64,000 nt of DNA from Candidatus Omnitrophota bacterium (GTDB lineage: Bacteria > Omnitrophota > Gorgyraeia > Duberdicusellales > 4484-171). The translations under genes were made by a program, and so were the position numbers. The DNA is taken from positions 24,142 through 88,141 of the forward strand of contig PMCS01000029.1 of assembly GCA_003154195.1 (NCBI GenBank), read 5' to 3'. The notes below the pieces were generated by a model. The model saw only the letters and a program-made list of their open reading frames with translations, was not told the origin of the DNA and did not search any database. How positions within the stretch are numbered: the first letter of the stretch is position 1; each line of letters begins with the position of its first letter. Positions 63,824 through 64,000 of this stretch are shown one piece after another.

Positions 63824-64000
63824 CTTTAGGATTATTGGTTATGAATTCTCCCGATTCGATCTTCTCACAAATATAACAAAGTTCATCTAACACGGCAATA
63901 AAATTATCTTCACTTTTAAACAAGTTTACGCTCAATAAATAGGTAGGATCGGCAAAACCGACCAGTTTGTTTTTAAGTAAACTGAGCGCGCGTTTTTTAA
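63798..64000 (-). CDS. hypothetical protein, partial because the N-terminus lies beyond the window
   Basis: The open frame runs from the window edge to a TAG at 63800..63798 (...FIAVLDELCYICEKIESGEFITNNPKDDTKPFGK*). It overlaps the start of the MshEN gene by about 26 nt. Confidence 0.3.
   Translation of the reverse strand, partial: KKRALSLLKNKLVGFADPTYLLSVNLFKSEDNFIAVLDELCYICEKIESGEFITNNPKDDTKPFGK

Overview
This 64 kb window is a compact bacterial chromosomal segment with moderate GC, many palindromic repeats and almost all genes on the minus strand. No close relative was recognised; the reduced gene set suggests a small-genome lineage. Three things stand out. (1) A chromosomal integron: an integron-type tyrosine recombinase (intI, complement 15580..16905) is followed on the plus strand by an AT-rich array of gene cassettes. 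The cassettes are separated by four homologous attC sites that each end in GTTAGAC, GTTAGAA or GTTAAAT. Their cargo is two toxin-antitoxin pairs (a ParE/RelE-like toxin with a CHP02574-type antitoxin, and HicB/HicA), a hemerythrin-like gene, a decayed nucleotidyltransferase cassette and a secreted protein of unknown function. The integron sits in the middle of a co-directional metabolic cluster: aldehyde dehydrogenase, a zinc-dependent alcohol dehydrogenase, a DhnA-type aldolase, a class II aldolase fused to an SCP2 domain, an MtnA/eIF2B-like isomerase with a truncated paralog, a class IV aminotransferase, an amidohydrolase, a B12-binding radical SAM enzyme, a short-chain dehydrogenase and an MFS transporter. 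(2) An MSHA-like type IV pilus locus: pilM, pilN, pilO, pilP, the secretin pilQ, an ExeA/MshM-like ATPase, the major pilin, pilC and two tandem PilB/MshE-type ATPases. It lies next to two stand-alone MshEN-type domains (known to bind c-di-GMP), a degenerate GGDEF protein, a CheY-like receiver and an XRE-cupin regulator. (3) A core translation block (thrS, infC, rpmI, rplT, pheS, pheT), with rarA, accA, recN, rlmN, an HU gene and a 1.2 kb ORF-free stretch that may hold RNase P RNA. At least six families of palindromic, MITE/REP-like repeats are scattered through the window. One copy is inserted in frame inside a 1312-aa secreted protein, and copies bracket a radical SAM gene and pheS.
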